Source: Candidatus Binatia bacterium
GTDB taxonomy: Bacteria > Desulfobacterota > Binatia > Bin18
Assembly (NCBI GenBank): GCA_963664395.2
Contig: OY761159.2
Span: 3,232,001 to 3,296,000, forward strand
Direction of reading: 5' to 3'
DNA: 64,000 nt
This document shows positions 61,383 to 64,000 of this stretch, one piece after another. Below the pieces are notes generated by a model that was not told the origin of the DNA, did not search any database, and was given only the letters and a program-made list of their open reading frames with translations. A program made the translations under genes and the position numbers. The stretch's first letter is position 1, and each line of letters starts with the position of its first letter.

Positions 61383-62678
61383 ATGCATATTATGTCTTTC
61401 TCGGAACGTGAATACATCGATGTCTCCGAGGACGCGATCATCGAAAACGGGAGTAGCTATTTTGGCCTCCCCAATACGATGTTTGACCCCGATAGGGGCG
61501 GCCAGCTCATGAACGAGTATCTGGACGAGCGGGTCTATGCCGAAGAGCTGGGCTTTGATGGGGTGATGCTCAACGAGCATCACCAGACCCCGTTTTGTGG
61601 GGGCGGGGTCATGGACGTGGAAGCCGCGATTCTTGCCCGTATTACCAAGCGGGTGAAAATTGTCCTGCTCGGCAACCCCCTCCCCGTGGGTGATCCGCTG
61701 CGGCTGGCGGAAGAGTTGGCCACGATTGATATGATTTCCGGTGGACGACTGGTATCGGGCTGGGTGCGTGGTGCGGGTACGGAACAACTCGCCAATAACA
61801 TCAACCCGGCCTACAACCGGGAGCGCTTTAACGAAGCCCATGAGTTTATTCAACAGGCCTGGACGAAACCGGGGCCGTGGCGCTATGAGGGCAAACACTA
61901 CCATTACCGGAATGTGAATCCCTGGCAGTTGCCGGTGCAGAAGCCGGTGCCGCAACAATGGATTCCGGGGCTGATTAGCCCGGAAACAGTCATCTGGTGT
62001 GCCAAACACCGCTATCCCTATGTCGCGCTGGGCACCAATATCGAAGCCACGGTCGAGATGGTCAACCTGTACGCCGACGTGGCCGAGCAGGAAGGCTATC
62101 AGGCCGGACCGGAAAATTTCGGCTATTTGCAGAACGTATGTGTGGCGGAAACCGAAGAGCAGGCGCGCGAGTTGGCCAAGGGCTTTGTCTTCGGCGGCGG
62201 GTTCGGCTCGTTTGCCCGCGCCGAGTGGATGTTCCCGCCGGGCTATAACTCCAAGGCGGCGACCAAGCGTCTGGCGCACGCCCTGACCGACCCGCGTACC
62301 GGCGCTGAAATCGTCAAGCACACCCAGGGTGAAATCGACGTTGAAGAAATCAAACGGAGCATTGAATCGGGTTTCCAGGCCTCGCTTGACAGCGATCTGA
62401 TTATGGCCGGCACGCCGGAGACCGTTATGAAAAAGATTCGCAAAATGTGCGAAACGCTCCGACCCGGCATCATGGGCCTATGGTATCACCACGGTCCCAT
62501 GGACTTCGCGCAGCGCAAAACCTGTCTGCGCCTGCTCGGCCAGGAAGTCCTGCCGGCCATGCGCGAAATGGCCAAGGAACTCGACCTGCCCGGGCCGTTT
62601 GAGTTGGCGCCGGGTTTGCGTCCGCTGCCGGCCTCCGGCAAACGGGAACAGATCGTGCCTGATATTGCAGCGGCCTGA
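61383..62678 (+). CDS. LLM-class flavin-dependent oxidoreductase
   Basis: AEELGFDGVMLNEHH, PLRLAEELATIDMISGGRL. Confidence 0.92.
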   Translation: MHIMSFSEREYIDVSEDAIIENGSSYFGLPNTMFDPDRGGQLMNEYLDERVYAEELGFDGVMLNEHHQTPFCGGGVMDVEAAILARITKRVKIVLLGNPLPVGDPLRLAEELATIDMISGGRLVSGWVRGAGTEQLANNINPAYNRERFNEAHEFIQQAWTKPGPWRYEGKHYHYRNVNPWQLPVQKPVPQQWIPGLISPETVIWCAKHRYPYVALGTNIEATVEMVNLYADVAEQEGYQAGPENFGYLQNVCVAETEEQARELAKGFVFGGGFGSFARAEWMFPPGYNSKAATKRLAHALTDPRTGAEIVKHTQGEIDVEEIKRSIESGFQASLDSDLIMAGTPETVMKKIRKMCETLRPGIMGLWYHHGPMDFAQRKTCLRLLGQEVLPAMREMAKELDLPGPFELAPGLRPLPASGKREQIVPDIAAA

Positions 62679-62705
62679 GGCGTAGTTCAGATTAAGCAAC
62701 GAAAC

Positions 62706-62739
62706 AGGGGCGGCTCGTTGGACCGCCCCTTTCTTTTTT
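62706..62739 (+). terminator. Rho-independent terminator
   Basis: AGGGGCGG/CCGCCCCT stem followed by TTCTTTTTT after the LLM stop. Confidence 0.75.
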
Positions 62740-62900
62740 CAGGACAGGGTCGGCAGTCGGGCTTTTAGTCAAAGTCCATGACGTCATGATAATAGCCCCA
62801 ATAGCCACGGATGGCGCTTTCGGTTAAGAGATTCTCCTGATTCTGTTTTTCTGTGCTACCGATTAGCACTTACACACTGAATAACAGGGCAGGGCAACCC

Positions 62901-64000
62901 ATGCTGCGATTAACCGACCAGGAAAAGCAGGAGATTATTCGGTTTCTGGAAGCGAACCAGGAACTGCCAGAAAAATATCGTTTTCTGCTGTTTAAGGACA
63001 AGCGCGAGGTAGAGTTAGTCTGGAACGGTAAGACCAACGAGGTCTGTAATATCGTGCTGCCGTTTCAGACCATTGAGCATGTGGACGAGCCACGGGCGGA
63101 AAAGCCACAAGACACCACGTCCCAGATGTCGCTGTTTGACGCGCGCGGGCGGCAGCTCAAGGGCTGGACCAATAAGCTCATCTGGGGCGATAACAAACTG
63201 GTCCTCTCCAGCCTTAAGAACGGTCCGCTACGCGAGGAAATTGAGGCCCAGGGCGGGTTAAAACTTATTTATATTGACCCGCCGTTTGACGTGGGGGCCG
63301 ATTTTTCCATGGGTATTGAGGTCGGGGGCGACACCCTCACCAAGAAGCCCAACATCCTCGAAGAAATCGCCTATCGCGATACCTGGGGCAAGGGGGCGGA
63401 TTCCTTTATCGCGATGATCTATGAGCGAATGATTCTGATGCGGGATTTGCTCGCAGAGGATGGGAGTATTTATGTGCATTGCGATTGGCGGGTTTCTGCC
63501 TACATTAGAAATGCGATGGATGAAGTATATTCCCCAAATAATTTTAGAAATGAGATTGTTTGGAAAAGAGGAACAGTGAAAGGAGCAAAAGCTCGTGGCT
63601 ATCAAATGGCTAGAAACCATGATGCCATCATGTATTTCACAAAATCAGAAAAAACAATTTTCAATAGGCAATACCTTGATTTCGATGAGCAGTATAAATC
63701 AAGGTTTAATAAAGATGACGGAGATGGCAGAGGGCCTTATAGAGACGATCAGCCGATAGGAACCCGTTCAGATAAATCTATTGAAGAAATGAAAAAGATT
63801 GGAAAGGTCTTCCATGGAAAGAACGGCAAGCTAAAAATAAAGACATATCTTTCTGAGTTAGAAGGAATAGTCTTAGACGACAATTGGTTGGATATTCCTG
63901 AAGTAAATGTAATGTCAAATGAGCGTGCTTTTTACCCCACCCAAAAACCCGAAGCACTCTTAGATCGCATCATTAAAGCCTCCTCGAACGAAGGCGACCT
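62901..64000 (+). CDS. Site-specific DNA methyltransferase (type III R-M Mod-like), runs off the window
   Basis: Translated by hand from ATG 62901: NKLIWGDNKL, KLIYIDPPF (motif IV), GSIYVHCDW, YPTQKPEALLDRIIKASSNEGD; absent from the ORF track because there is no stop in the window. Confidence 0.92.
   Translation, partial: MLRLTDQEKQEIIRFLEANQELPEKYRFLLFKDKREVELVWNGKTNEVCNIVLPFQTIEHVDEPRAEKPQDTTSQMSLFDARGRQLKGWTNKLIWGDNKLVLSSLKNGPLREEIEAQGGLKLIYIDPPFDVGADFSMGIEVGGDTLTKKPNILEEIAYRDTWGKGADSFIAMIYERMILMRDLLAEDGSIYVHCDWRVSAYIRNAMDEVYSPNNFRNEIVWKRGTVKGAKARGYQMARNHDAIMYFTKSEKTIFNRQYLDFDEQYKSRFNKDDGDGRGPYRDDQPIGTRSDKSIEEMKKIGKVFHGKNGKLKIKTYLSELEGIVLDDNWLDIPEVNVMSNERAFYPTQKPEALLDRIIKASSNEGD

Overview
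GC-rich bacterial window. The gene content (many LLM oxidoreductases, CaiB CoA-transferases, amidohydrolases, and cadherin/Calx-beta/FN3 surface proteins) resembles sponge-associated Binatia/deltaproteobacterial symbionts, but that assignment is inference only. 1-20.3 kb holds two tandem TonB-dependent receptors, a complete nurA-herA-sbcD(mre11)-sbcC(rad50) operon and catabolic genes. 20.4-53.3 kb is an accessory block and the main finding. Six exported-protein genes share a highly conserved ~130-aa Cys-containing domain (10 copies, LENP..SFQSG..SGWVC..YGT.R.DT..CGDTDNGFGLLFNWNLL..WQQNSQNFVI) fused to unrelated passengers: a Zn-protease adhesin, a cadherin protein, an arylsulfotransferase, a fucosidase-like+GH97 protein, a helical domain and a beta-propeller. 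Seven copies of a palindrome CTATCA-N2-TGATAG lie between 20.4 and 44.1 kb. Six are upstream of a gene or gene remnant (four family genes, a family remnant and a LuxR-type HTH regulator), and all six asymmetric copies point the same way relative to transcription. A decayed second luxR copy, an integrase remnant, an IS630 remnant and duplicated spacers suggest a repeatedly duplicated regulator + box + swappable surface-protein module. 53-64 kb holds a low-GC patch with a HAD hydrolase, an IS5-family element, REP-like palindromes, amidohydrolases, LLM genes and the start of a type III-like DNA methyltransferase. No rRNA, tRNA or CRISPR array was seen. All family calls come from motifs read by eye; no searches were run.
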